A DNA stretch of 44,690 nt from contig JAJRSC010000026.1 in assembly GCA_024278985.1 (NCBI GenBank), forward strand, positions 1 to 44,690, given 5' to 3'. Below, in pieces: positions 12,787 through 22,608 of the stretch (the stretch's first letter is position 1; each line of letters starts with the position of its first letter). This stretch comes from an archaeon (lineage in GTDB: Archaea > AGJL01 > Methanococci > Methanococcales > Methanocaldococcaceae). The notes beneath the pieces were generated by a model. It worked only from the letters and a program-made list of their open reading frames with translations, had not been told where the DNA came from and ran no database searches. The translations under genes were made by a program, and so were the position numbers.

Positions 12787-13450
12787 ACTTAAATCTTAAA
12801 TAACTAAGGACTAAAAATACAACTATACCAATTAAAATGGCTTCATTCTTTTTTAATCTGTAATTTAGTGGGTAGAATGGTTTTATTCCCTTTGGTGTTG
12901 TAGCATCAGCTAAAATATGAGATAAATATCCTGTAAAAATAGGAAGAAAATAACTAAATAAATTAATACTACTTTTATATCCAATAATTGATAATATTGT
13001 CCATCCAACAATAGCAAAAAATATTATCCTACCAAGTATTTTTTCAGATGTTACTAAACATAAGATTAATAAACTTGCCAAAGTTGGAGATATTGTAGAT
13101 AATTTAAGTTGAAAGTATGCTAAAATTAGAGATACAAAAATTAAAGCATAAAATGTATGTGTATAAGTTCTATGCTCAGAGAAATATGGAAAAAGAAATA
13201 TAAAAAAAATTAAAACTGCTAAAATAAAAAATTCTATGTTAAATAAACTTTTATTTAAATAGTATAATAATATGTTTATTAAAATAACTGAACCAGAAAT
13301 AAATAATGCTCTTTTTACAATTTCTTCCTTAACTTCATGGTCTAAATCTGGATACAATGAGCCAGCAATGGCTAAGAACAAATGTTCAGGAGCATAAATA
13401 ACTGGCAAAGAGTAAAGAAGTCCAATAATAATATGTTCCTTCCAATTCAT
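12773..13450 (-). CDS. Membrane-bound metal-dependent hydrolase (YdjM/DUF457-like)
   Basis: N-terminal H, GSLYPDLDH, HRTYTH and SHILADATTPKG motifs, with multiple TM segments. Confidence 0.85.
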   Translation of the reverse strand: MNWKEHIIIGLLYSLPVIYAPEHLFLAIAGSLYPDLDHEVKEEIVKRALFISGSVILINILLYYLNKSLFNIEFFILAVLIFFIFLFPYFSEHRTYTHTFYALIFVSLILAYFQLKLSTISPTLASLLILCLVTSEKILGRIIFFAIVGWTILSIIGYKSSINLFSYFLPIFTGYLSHILADATTPKGIKPFYPLNYRLKKNEAILIGIVVFLVLSYLRFKSINL

Positions 13451-13553
13451 AATATCCAACCATATAATCCTTAATTTTTTAATGTATAAAGTTTTAATAT
13501 TATTTATAACTTAAAAAAACATTTAAAAAATATAATTAAATAAGGTGATTTCT

Positions 13554-14462
13554 ATAAATAATTAAAAATATGAAAGATTTTCACATTTAACTAAAACCCA
13601 TCCATGTTTCAATGAGAAAGTTCATGATAAATATGGTAGAGTCCATCTTCCTGTTGCTCCAAGGTGTAATATTGCATGTAAGTTTTGTGTTAGAAGTTTA
13701 GGAAGTGATGAAAAAAGGCCAGGAGTCTCATTTAAAGTTTTAAAACCTGAAGATGTTGAAGAATATTTAAAAAGAATATTAAAAGAGATTCCTAATTTAA
13801 AAGTTGTTGGTATTGCAGGACCAGGAGATAGTTTATTTAATAAAGAAACTTTTGAGACTTTAAAAATAATTGATGAAAAATTTCCTGACTTAATAAAGTG
13901 TATATCAACTAATGGGTTATTACTTCCAAAATATTATAAAGATTTGGCTAATTTAAATGTTAGAACTATAACAGTAACAGTTAATGCAATAAAACCAGAA
14001 ATATTAAAGGATATAGTTGAATGGGTATATTATAATAAAAAAGTATATAGAGGTGAAGAAGGGGCTAAGATATTAATAGATAACCAATTAGAGGGAATAA
14101 AAAAGGCCTATGATGAAGGATTGATAATTAAGGTTAATAGTGTTTTAATTCCTGATATTAATATGAAGCATATAGTTGAGATTGCAAAAGAACTTAAAGA
14201 TTATATATATATACATAATATTATCCCATTAATCCCTCTTTATAAAATGAAACATCTTAGACCTCCAACCTGTGAAGAGATTAAAAAGGTTAGAGAAGAA
14301 GCAGAAAAATATGTTCCACAATTTAGAGCATGTGGTCAATGTAGAGCAGATGCTGTTGGATTAATTAAAGAGAAAAAGATTTTAGAGGAGTTTTTTAGAG
14401 AAAAAAATAAACCATTGAATAAAAATATTGATTTATTTGATTTAAAACATTTCTCCCATTAA
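13554..14462 (+). pseudogene. nifB: NifB-type radical SAM protein (stand-alone, no NifX domain) with a disrupted 5' end
   Basis: The frame is open from 13566: HPCFNEK, RVHLPVAPRCNIACKFC, RPG, GIAGPGD, STNG, CGQCRADAVG. There is no in-frame ATG/GTG/TTG before 13944. SD GGTGA at 13544 is followed by ATA AAT AAT TAA. Confidence 0.8.
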
Positions 14463-14476
14463 GAGAGATGATAAAA

Positions 14477-15454
14477 ATGATAACTGTTGGAATTGACCAT
14501 GGAACTTCTGGAATAACAACATGTATAAAAAATAATAAAAAAAAAATTATTTTTAAATTAAAGAGGTCAGAACTTATAAACAAAAGTTATTTAGAAGAAT
14601 TAAAAAAGCATGTTAATATTGATGATATTGACTTATTAGTTTTAACATACTCTATGGGAGATGGAATTGATAGAATTTTACCAATAGAAAAAGTAAAAAA
14701 TAGAGGAGTTAAGAGTATAGAAGGAGCTGGGAAAAAGATAGGTGGTGGAACTAAGGTTTATGATGAAATTAAAGAGAGTGGAATACCAACAGTTGTAATT
14801 CCTGGATTACATAGAAATATAAAATGTTTAGATGAAAGATTTAGAGCTTTATTTTCTCATATAGCCTCACCAGAAAAAATTTCCATTGCATACTATGCCC
14901 ATAAGGTTTTTAGATTAGATAATTTTATTCTTTCAGATATTTCTTCTAATACTGTAACATTATTAATAAAAAATAAAATATTTTTTGGAGGATTTGATGC
15001 TTGTATTGGAGCTATTGGAATGTTACATGGTCCAATTGACTTAGAATTTATTAGATTAATAGATGAGAAAAAAATAACTGCAAATGATGCCTTTTCTCAG
15101 GCTGGGGCTGTTAAGATAGCTAAGTTATATAAAGGTGTGGAAAATACAAAAGAAGAAATTTTAAAAAATTATCATAAAAATAAAAATTGTAAGTTGGCAG
15201 TTGATAGCTTAGTTTTAAGTGTATCTATGGAAATTAATTCACTTCTACCTCTATCAAATAAAAAGATTGTTGTTTTATCTGGTTCAGTTGGAACATATAG
15301 AGAAAATATAGATATTCCTAAAATGATAAAGAAGTATGTTAATGCAAAAATATTTACTCTCTCAGGAGAAAGTGGAGCAATTGGTGGAGCAATAATTGGA
15401 GAAGATATTTTAAAAGGAAAAAGAGATATTTTAGGAATTCCTGTGGAATTATGA
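14477..15454 (+). CDS. Methanogenesis marker protein 12 (UPF0285, ASKHA fold)
   Basis: VGIDHGTSG, TYSMGDG, SHIASPEK, DISSNTVT and HGPIDLE. Confidence 0.8.
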   Translation: MITVGIDHGTSGITTCIKNNKKKIIFKLKRSELINKSYLEELKKHVNIDDIDLLVLTYSMGDGIDRILPIEKVKNRGVKSIEGAGKKIGGGTKVYDEIKESGIPTVVIPGLHRNIKCLDERFRALFSHIASPEKISIAYYAHKVFRLDNFILSDISSNTVTLLIKNKIFFGGFDACIGAIGMLHGPIDLEFIRLIDEKKITANDAFSQAGAVKIAKLYKGVENTKEEILKNYHKNKNCKLAVDSLVLSVSMEINSLLPLSNKKIVVLSGSVGTYRENIDIPKMIKKYVNAKIFTLSGESGAIGGAIIGEDILKGKRDILGIPVEL

Positions 15455-16164
15455 TAGGTTTAGGAATTGGAGATAATAAAGAAGAAATTTTAAAGGCATA
15501 TAATAAGTTGATTAAAGAGGGTTATAAAGTTAAACTTATTGATAACTATAAAGAGTTAGTAGATAAAGTATTAAATAAGGAACTTTCTGGAGCAGTGAGG
15601 GGTTCTTTATCATCAAAAACCATACTTTACCTTAGAGAAAAAATAGGAAAATTTTACAGAGCTTCAATTTTAAAAAATCCATTTTACAAGGATGAAGTTT
15701 TTTTATTGGTTCCTGTTGGTATTGATGAACTACCAGAAAATCCTGAAGAAAGAATTAAAGAAAAAATTAAAATTATTGAGCTATCAAGGAATTTTTTAGA
15801 ATCTTTAAATAAAAAACCTAAAATTGCTCTACTTTCTGGGGGAAGATTGGAAGATTTAGGAAGAGGAAAAAAAATTGATGAGACAATATTAGAAGCTGAA
15901 AAAATTAAAGAATCTTTAAAAAATTATGATATTATACATAAAGGTATAGTAATAGAAGAATATTTAAAAGATAAATGTAATATTATTATAGCCATAGATG
16001 GAATTACTGGAAATTTAATTTTTAGATGCTTAGGATTGGTTTGTAAGATAGAAGGATATGGGGCTATTCTTCTAAACAAAAATATCAAATTTATAGATAC
16101 CAGTAGAAATGCAGATTGGAGAAGGTATTATAATGCAGTAAAGCTTTTAGGTGAGAAAGAGTGA
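15451..16164 (+). CDS. mtxX: MtxX / methanogenesis marker protein 4
   Basis: AVRGSLS, PVGIDE, LSGGRLEDLGR, DGITGNLIFR and DTSR. ATGA overlap. Confidence 0.8.
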   Translation: MIGLGIGDNKEEILKAYNKLIKEGYKVKLIDNYKELVDKVLNKELSGAVRGSLSSKTILYLREKIGKFYRASILKNPFYKDEVFLLVPVGIDELPENPEERIKEKIKIIELSRNFLESLNKKPKIALLSGGRLEDLGRGKKIDETILEAEKIKESLKNYDIIHKGIVIEEYLKDKCNIIIAIDGITGNLIFRCLGLVCKIEGYGAILLNKNIKFIDTSRNADWRRYYNAVKLLGEKE

Positions 16165-16973
16165 AAAAATATTTAAAAAGGATTTTATTAGATATCTATG
16201 AATTTACGGAAAAATCTGGATTATGTAAAATTTATGAGAAAATTTTAGAGGAGAAAATAGATAAAAATAAGTTACCTAAACATGTTGGAATAATTATGGA
16301 TGGAAACAGAAGAACAGCAGAAATTTATGGAAAAGAAAAATATTATGGTCATTATTTAGGTGCTAAAAAAGCAAAAGAAGTTTTAAGATGGGCAAGAGAT
16401 TTAGGAATTAAAGTAGTGACATTATATTCCTTTTCATTAGAAAATTTTAATCGTCCAAAAGAGGAAGTTAATGTTTTAATGGATTTGTTGGAAAAAGAGT
16501 TTTATGAAGCTGCAGAAGATGAAGAGATTCATAAATACAGGGTTAGAATTAAAGCCATTGGAAGAGTGCATCTTCTACCTAAAAGAGTACAGAGAGCAAT
16601 AAAATATGCTGAAGAGAAAACTAAGAATTATAACAATTTTTTTATAAATGTAGCAGTTGCCTATGGAGGTCAGCAGGAAATTATAGATGCTGTTAAAAAA
16701 ATTGCTGAAAAAGTTAAAAAAGGAGAATTAAATCCTAAAGATATAGATAAGAAAACAATTGATAAACATTTATATACAGCAGATATTCCATTCCCAGAGC
16801 CAGATTTAATAATAAGGACATCAGGAGAAGAAAGAATAAGTAATTTTTTAATATGGCAAAGTTCATACTCAGAACTATATTTTACTGATGTATATTGGCC
16901 ATTTTTTAGAAGGATAGATTTTTTAAGAGCTATAAGAGAATATCAAAGAAGACAGAGAAGATTTGGAAGATAA
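16161..16973 (+). CDS. uppS: cis-prenyltransferase (undecaprenyl/polyprenyl diphosphate synthase)
   Basis: HVGIIMDGNRR, FSLENFNRP, YGGQQEI, RTSGEERISNF and RRFGR. GTG start after GGTGA. Confidence 0.95.
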   Translation: MKKYLKRILLDIYEFTEKSGLCKIYEKILEEKIDKNKLPKHVGIIMDGNRRTAEIYGKEKYYGHYLGAKKAKEVLRWARDLGIKVVTLYSFSLENFNRPKEEVNVLMDLLEKEFYEAAEDEEIHKYRVRIKAIGRVHLLPKRVQRAIKYAEEKTKNYNNFFINVAVAYGGQQEIIDAVKKIAEKVKKGELNPKDIDKKTIDKHLYTADIPFPEPDLIIRTSGEERISNFLIWQSSYSELYFTDVYWPFFRRIDFLRAIREYQRRQRRFGR

Positions 16974-16976
16974 AAT

Positions 16977-17441
16977 ATGAAAAAAATAATTTTAATTATA
17001 TTAATATTTTTATTGTTTTGTGGATGTTTTGAATATAAAAAGAATTTTGAAAATACTAATAATAACCCTTCCAATACAGGAAATAAAGACAATAAACATT
17101 TAAATAATATAAATTTAAGTATATCAAATAATAAATCTATAAATTATATTAAAAATATCTCATATGAAGTTATAGAATTTGGACAATGGGGTGAAAAAGA
17201 AGAAGGTTATTATTTTTATTCCAAAGATAACAAAACAATAATTGTTATTAATGCAGGATTTAAGCCATTTGGAGGATATAAAATAAAGATAATTAATATA
17301 ACTTTAGAAAATAACACATTATTAATTTATTATAAAGTTATTCCACCAAAAAATTTTTCAATAGCAGTAATAACCTATCCCTATATAAAGATAGCTGTTA
17401 ATGGAACGTTTAAGGATGTGAAAGTTTATGAATCTAAATAA
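16977..17441 (+). CDS. Putative lipoprotein with PrcB C-terminal-like domain
   Basis: Lipobox-like LLFCGC, Asn-rich linker, and a GFKPFGGYKIKI...VITYPY pattern typical of PrcB_C. Confidence 0.65.
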   Translation: MKKIILIILIFLLFCGCFEYKKNFENTNNNPSNTGNKDNKHLNNINLSISNNKSINYIKNISYEVIEFGQWGEKEEGYYFYSKDNKTIIVINAGFKPFGGYKIKIINITLENNTLLIYYKVIPPKNFSIAVITYPYIKIAVNGTFKDVKVYESK

Positions 17442-18027
17442 TAAAAATATTATTTTAATTTCTTTAGTTTTATTATCAATATTAGGAACAGTTTATTTAT
17501 TTATTAATCCTATCAAGGCAGAGAATAAAAAAATATCTGAAGTTGAAGAAGGAGACTATGTAAAACTCTCTGGACATATTCAAAAACTTTATTTAAAAAG
17601 AGATGAATATAGAAAACCAATAGATATTTACAAAATAACTATTAATGATGGTTCTGGAAACTTGGATATTGTTGTTTTTGGAGAAAATAGGAAAAAACTT
17701 TTAGATTATCTACTCTCCTATACACCAATGATTAAAGAAGGAGACTTAATTGAAGTTGAAGGAAAAATAAATGTTTATAATGGAAAATATCAAATAATAT
17801 TAAATGATATTTCAAACTTTAAATTATTGAAAAAAATAAACTTTGAAAGAGATATTTATCTATCTGAATATCCTACAAATATATATGCATCAAAATATGG
17901 AAAAATATATCATATAAAAGAAGATTGTCCTTATGGCCAAAAAATTAAAAATAAAATCTATTTTTATAGTGAAGAAGATGCAAAAGCTTTAGGTTATAGA
18001 TTATGTAAAAAATGTAATAATTCATAA
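17428..18027 (+). CDS. Membrane-anchored OB-fold protein with C-terminal Ada-like Zn-binding domain
   Basis: N-terminal TM, OB-fold (INDGSG..VVFG, EGDLIEVEGKINVYNGKYQI), and YASKYGKIYH-x4-C...F.SEEDA..GYRLCKKC. Confidence 0.72.
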   Translation: MNLNNKNIILISLVLLSILGTVYLFINPIKAENKKISEVEEGDYVKLSGHIQKLYLKRDEYRKPIDIYKITINDGSGNLDIVVFGENRKKLLDYLLSYTPMIKEGDLIEVEGKINVYNGKYQIILNDISNFKLLKKINFERDIYLSEYPTNIYASKYGKIYHIKEDCPYGQKIKNKIYFYSEEDAKALGYRLCKKCNNS

Positions 18028-18213
18028 TTTTAATGCAATTGTTATAATATAATAAAGAATTATTAAAATAGCAACACCTAAGAACATATAATTTAATCTC
18101 ATCATTCTTTTCCTTTTTTGTAAATATTCCAACCTACATTTTTCTGAACAAAATACTTTATCTGGTGGAATTGAAATTCCACAATTTAAGCAATGTCTAT
18201 GTTTCTCAACCAT
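18022..18213 (-). CDS. DUF2116 family Zn-ribbon membrane protein
   Basis: HRHCLNCGISIPPDKVFCSEKC plus a C-terminal TM helix. Confidence 0.82.
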   Translation of the reverse strand: MVEKHRHCLNCGISIPPDKVFCSEKCRLEYLQKRKRMMRLNYMFLGVAILIILYYIITIALKL

Positions 18214-18227
18214 TTAAATCATCTCCT

Positions 18228-19517
18228 TCAACTATTTAGAACTTTTGTTTTCTTATATTCAATAATTTTTATACCACAATATAATCCAATAAATATAGAT
18301 ATCAATATTATCCAAAATTCTAATGATAAATTAAGAATTTCAAAATGTTTAAAATACTCCTCTAACCCAGATGTTACGATTAATACATGTGTTGCTTCTA
18401 AAGCATAGATTCCAAATATTCCAATCTCTAAAACTTCCATTGCTTCTCCTAAAGCAACCTGATATTTTGTATTTTGAGCTAATTGCTTAACAATTTCCCT
18501 TTCTAAATCTTCTGATATTGTTGTTAATAATCTTGTTAAACTTGTTGCCAACTCACTATTACTTTTTAAAAGATTATCAATTTCAGTTAATCTATATCTT
18601 ATCCTACTTATCTTTTTATCTGTATCTATTAACTCTAAAATTGTTTTTGTAAAATCATCAAAATCTGGAGGATAATTTTCATGAATTATATTAATTATTT
18701 CCTCCAAATAACCCAATACAATCTCAATAACTGAAAGTTCTTTATCTATACTACTTAACTCAGCTCTAATTTTATCAATCTCTTCAATATCCATTTTTTT
18801 TAATTTGTCACTAATATACTCTAATTTTGAGGATATATAAACTAATCTGAAAAATAAATCTCTTGAAACACCTGTTAAGCTTCTAATAAACGAATAGTAT
18901 CCTAAAAAATTTTCAAATTTTTCTGGTTTCTTTGTTGATATATATATCCCAAAATCTCCAAATATTATATCTCCATCACTAAGTTTTAAAATTTTCTTTA
19001 TACCTCCAATTATTTGAGTTAATTTGTGAAGTTCTTCATTATTAAAATTTTCTTCTGATATAACTCCAATATGTTTATATATTTTAAATCTTCCATATAA
19101 TATTTCTAATAAGTACCTCTGTGAGGATGAAATTAAAGGATACATTATATGGGATGATTTTAATATTAAATTAGGAATAATACATGAAAGTTTTTTTAAG
19201 CTACTACTTTCCAGCTCAACTGCATATATAACCCTTCCAAGATAATCAACAGAAATAAAAAAGCTAAGGTCTTCATCTAAAACATTTGAAGTAAATTGGA
19301 CATATGTCTCAGGTTCAAACTCAATAATATTTACAGCAGTTTTATATTCAAACACTTCAAATATACCTTTATCTCTTATATCTCCTTTACCTACAGAAAA
19401 ATACCTCTTTCTTTTACTTTGATATTCTTTAAGTGTAATTCTATCTATAAATTCATTCATGTAGTTTTTACCAAAAGGAATCCATTCAGTTAAAATAATT
19501 TTTGGATTCTTTAACAT
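18228..19517 (-). CDS. Conserved hypothetical protein: soluble N-domain, long helical stalk, two C-terminal hydrophobic segments
   Basis: 429-aa ORF with host-like codon usage and an SD-like GGAGAG. Function not recognised. Confidence 0.7.
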   Translation of the reverse strand: MLKNPKIILTEWIPFGKNYMNEFIDRITLKEYQSKRKRYFSVGKGDIRDKGIFEVFEYKTAVNIIEFEPETYVQFTSNVLDEDLSFFISVDYLGRVIYAVELESSSLKKLSCIIPNLILKSSHIMYPLISSSQRYLLEILYGRFKIYKHIGVISEENFNNEELHKLTQIIGGIKKILKLSDGDIIFGDFGIYISTKKPEKFENFLGYYSFIRSLTGVSRDLFFRLVYISSKLEYISDKLKKMDIEEIDKIRAELSSIDKELSVIEIVLGYLEEIINIIHENYPPDFDDFTKTILELIDTDKKISRIRYRLTEIDNLLKSNSELATSLTRLLTTISEDLEREIVKQLAQNTKYQVALGEAMEVLEIGIFGIYALEATHVLIVTSGLEEYFKHFEILNLSLEFWIILISIFIGLYCGIKIIEYKKTKVLNS

Positions 19518-19535
19518 AGCTATTTCTCTCCATTA

Positions 19536-19934
19536 TTATTCTAAAACTTTCAATGCTTTAAATGGGCATGCCTTAACACAGTTTTTACAACCAACACATT
19601 TATCTTTATCAAATTCTATACTATAATCTTCACTAACATATATAACATCAAATGGACACTGAGTTACACAACAACCACAATGAACACATCTTTCTTCATC
19701 TCTCTTTATAATGTCTTTTATCTCCTCTAATTCTCCATATTTTGATAAGTATTCTAAAGCTTTATTTACAACCTCTTCATCTCCAATAATTTCCAATATT
19801 AAAAATGCCTCCTGTGGTTCAACTTTTGCCTTTAATATATTAATTTTTACTCCAGTATTTAAAATTACATCTGCAATAACTGGCTTACTTATATACTTTG
19901 AATATGTCCAAAAATATATTCTTTTTTTTATCAT
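19536..19934 (-). CDS. NIL domain + 2[4Fe-4S] ferredoxin (MJ0099/MA1822-like partner of aspartate semialdehyde sulfurtransferase)
   Basis: INILKA NIL motif, CVHCGCCVTQCP and CVGCKNCVKACP. ATGA-coupled to the upstream DUF39-CBS gene. Confidence 0.88.
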   Translation of the reverse strand: MIKKRIYFWTYSKYISKPVIADVILNTGVKINILKAKVEPQEAFLILEIIGDEEVVNKALEYLSKYGELEEIKDIIKRDEERCVHCGCCVTQCPFDVIYVSEDYSIEFDKDKCVGCKNCVKACPFKALKVLE

Positions 19935-21454
19935 TTTTCTCTCCCTATCAATCTTGATAAATCTTCAGATGTTACAATTCCTACGATTCTTCTATTTTTA
20001 TCAATTATTGGAATCCCTGATATGTCATATTTCTCCATTTTTTTAGCTATAATTTCAATAGGTTCGTCTTCATATGCAGTTATAACCTTTTTTGTCATTA
20101 TCTCATTAATATCTTTTTTACCTAAAGCAACAGCCTTGGCAATATCCCAAGATGTAACAATTCCTATTAAAATCCCATTTTCATCAACTATAGGGAGATA
20201 ATTTATATCATACTCAACCAAAATTTTTGAAGCCTTTTCTAAAGTAATATCTTTTCTTGCAGTTATAACAGGTGTGGTCATAATATCCTTAGCCAATATA
20301 ACTGGAGATTTCATTGGTTTAAATTCACCTTTTCCTATAGGACTTACTCTTTCAGTTAGTAAAAACTCTCCTCTTAAAATCCATTTTTTTAATTCTTCAG
20401 CAACTTCTCTGGACATTTTATAACTTGAAACTGAACCTGTTTTTATTTATTTTAAGACTTTTTTATTATCAATTTCAACCTCTAAACAAATTTTTCCACT
20501 TCTTAATTCTTTATAGTTTGTTATTCCAACTACTGGTCTTTCTCTTCTTGGTATTCCATAGTCATAAATTTTTACTTCAATATCTTCATCTTTTATAGCA
20601 CATCTTTTAGCTATTTCCTCATTCAAAACAGGAATTGGCACACCAATACCAATATACAACGTAGGCCCATATTTTGGCATTGTTGCAGCTCTTACATATC
20701 TTGGATTCATCTTTTTTAAATCCCCTTTAACCATTAGAGTACCAAATGGAGGATTATGTTGGGTTCCCTCTCCTATTATAAAACCTTCTCCACCACCTAA
20801 GAAAATTTTAGTGCCTATACCAATGGTATTATAGCCTTTGGTTTTGGGATTATAATCATTTTGTAGAGGATTTAATTGTCCTGCTCCTGAAAAGTGTATA
20901 TTTCCATACTCTGGCCAAAGAATTCCCATATAGGTATAAATTTTTTCTTCTCTACTATTTGTAGCAGCAGGATATGCCTGATAACAGTTTCTTGGATTAA
21001 CCATTATTGCCTGATTAACATCATCTAATGTTATTTTAACATTAACCTCTTTTCTTGGATAACAGTCAGTAGTATATCCTTCAGCATATAACTCTATTTC
21101 TTTTCCTCTTACTAAGTCCTCAATAACATGAGCTCCTCCATATTCAATATCAATATCTGGGTCTTCATTTGGCTGAGCGGCTCCTATATAAGTATCTACT
21201 GCGGCCAATCCTCCGTATGCTTCCACATTATTTAAATATATATTGAGCATTTTTATTGGTGGGTCTGAATGACCAAAGTTTATAAATACTCCAGATGAAC
21301 ACATAGCTCCAAAGGTTCCTGTTGTAACAACATCAACATAATCAGCAGCCTTTTTAGCTCCTTCTTCTTCAACTATTTTAATCATTTCCTCAGCAGTAAC
21401 TACAACTGCCTCTCCTTTCTTAATTTTTTCATTAATTTCTTTTATAGTTTTCAT
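19931..21454 (-). pseudogene. L-aspartate semialdehyde sulfurtransferase (DUF39 + CBS pair, MJ0100/MA1821-like) interrupted by an in-frame TAA at 20447-20449
   Basis: [21 protein letters not shown] and NPRNCYQ. The frame continues through the stop (VLK*IKTGSVSSYKMSREVAEELKKWI) into two CBS domains, so the two track ORFs are one gene. Confidence 0.85.
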
Positions 21455-21590
21455 AAATATCTCCAGATTATATGCTTTAAGATAAAAAATAAGGGAAATA
21501 TATTTATGTTACTAATTTATATATAGTTCTTACTTTTAAAATATAACATTTAAATTAAACATAAAAATAGAAAACTAAATATTGGTTGGG

Positions 21591-22205
21591 TTATATTATA
21601 TCTAAGATATCATCAAATTTTATTATTCCCTCTCTAACTAATTTTATATTATTATTTTCAATTTTAATAACAGTTGAAGGTTTTTTATATTTACACTCTC
21701 CTATATCTACAACATAATCAACCTTTTTAATAACTTCCTTATCAATATCCTCAACTCTATAAGCTTCTTTATTCCCTGATATATTGGCAGATGTTGTAGT
21801 TAATGGAACTGTACATAAATCTCTTGTAAATTTAACATCTGGAACTCTAATTCCAATATATTCCTTTGCAACAATATCAGGAATAATATCTTTCTTCTTT
21901 AAAATTATTGTTAAAGGTCCTGGCAAGAAGTTATCTATAATTTTTTTGGCCAAATCATTTACATAGGCATATTTTTCTATCTCATTGGTATCTTTTAGAC
22001 ATATAGAAATTGGTTTTGAGAAATCTCTTTTTTTTATCTCATATATTTTTTTAACTACATCTACATCTAAGGCATTTCCTGATATTCCATAAACTGTATC
22101 TGTTCCAACAATAATAATTTTACCCTTTATGAGTTCTTTCATCAAAAATTGTAAAATATTTTCATCATAATTATTAATATCAGTAATTTTTATGAATTTG
22201 TTCAT
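21591..22205 (-). CDS. tsaC: Threonylcarbamoyl-AMP synthase (YrdC/TsaC type)
   Basis: TDTVYG, KKR..KP, PGPLTIIL, IGIRVP, TTSANISG and PSTV. No Sua5 C-terminal domain. Confidence 0.92.
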   Translation of the reverse strand: MNKFIKITDINNYDENILQFLMKELIKGKIIIVGTDTVYGISGNALDVDVVKKIYEIKKRDFSKPISICLKDTNEIEKYAYVNDLAKKIIDNFLPGPLTIILKKKDIIPDIVAKEYIGIRVPDVKFTRDLCTVPLTTTSANISGNKEAYRVEDIDKEVIKKVDYVVDIGECKYKKPSTVIKIENNNIKLVREGIIKFDDILDII

Positions 22206-22311
22206 ATTTCTTCACCTTAATATTAAATAATAAAAGTTTCTATAACTATTTTATATAGGTTAATTTAAAAGTCATAAGAGTATAAAAAATAAAAAAATAC
22301 AAGGTGAGAAA

Positions 22312-22608
22312 ATGGAAGAACAACAAATTAGAGTTAGAATACCAAACAAGGAAGAAAATGAAATATTAGGGATTGTTGAGCAAATGTTAGGAGCTAGTAG
22401 AATGAGAGTAAGATGTTTAGATGGAAAAACAAGATTAGCAAGAATTCCAGGAAGATTAAAGAGAAAAATATGGATTAAAGAGGGAGATATAGTTATAGTT
22501 AAACCTTGGGTTGTTCAAGGAGATGAAAAATGTGATATTATTTGGAGATATACAAAAACACAGGTAGAATGGTTAAAAAGAAAGGGATATTTAGATGAAC
22601 TTTTATAG
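22312..22608 (+). CDS. eif1a: Translation initiation factor aIF-1A
   Basis: [23 protein letters not shown] and WRYT. GGTGA SD. Confidence 0.96.
   Translation: MEEQQIRVRIPNKEENEILGIVEQMLGASRMRVRCLDGKTRLARIPGRLKRKIWIKEGDIVIVKPWVVQGDEKCDIIWRYTKTQVEWLKRKGYLDELL

Noticed and set aside
13563-20449. TAA reassignment or read-through as an explanation for the two in-frame TAA codons
   Set aside because: TAA is the normal stop for most intact genes in the window (lysC, polC, glmS, argJ), and no suppressor tRNA is present.
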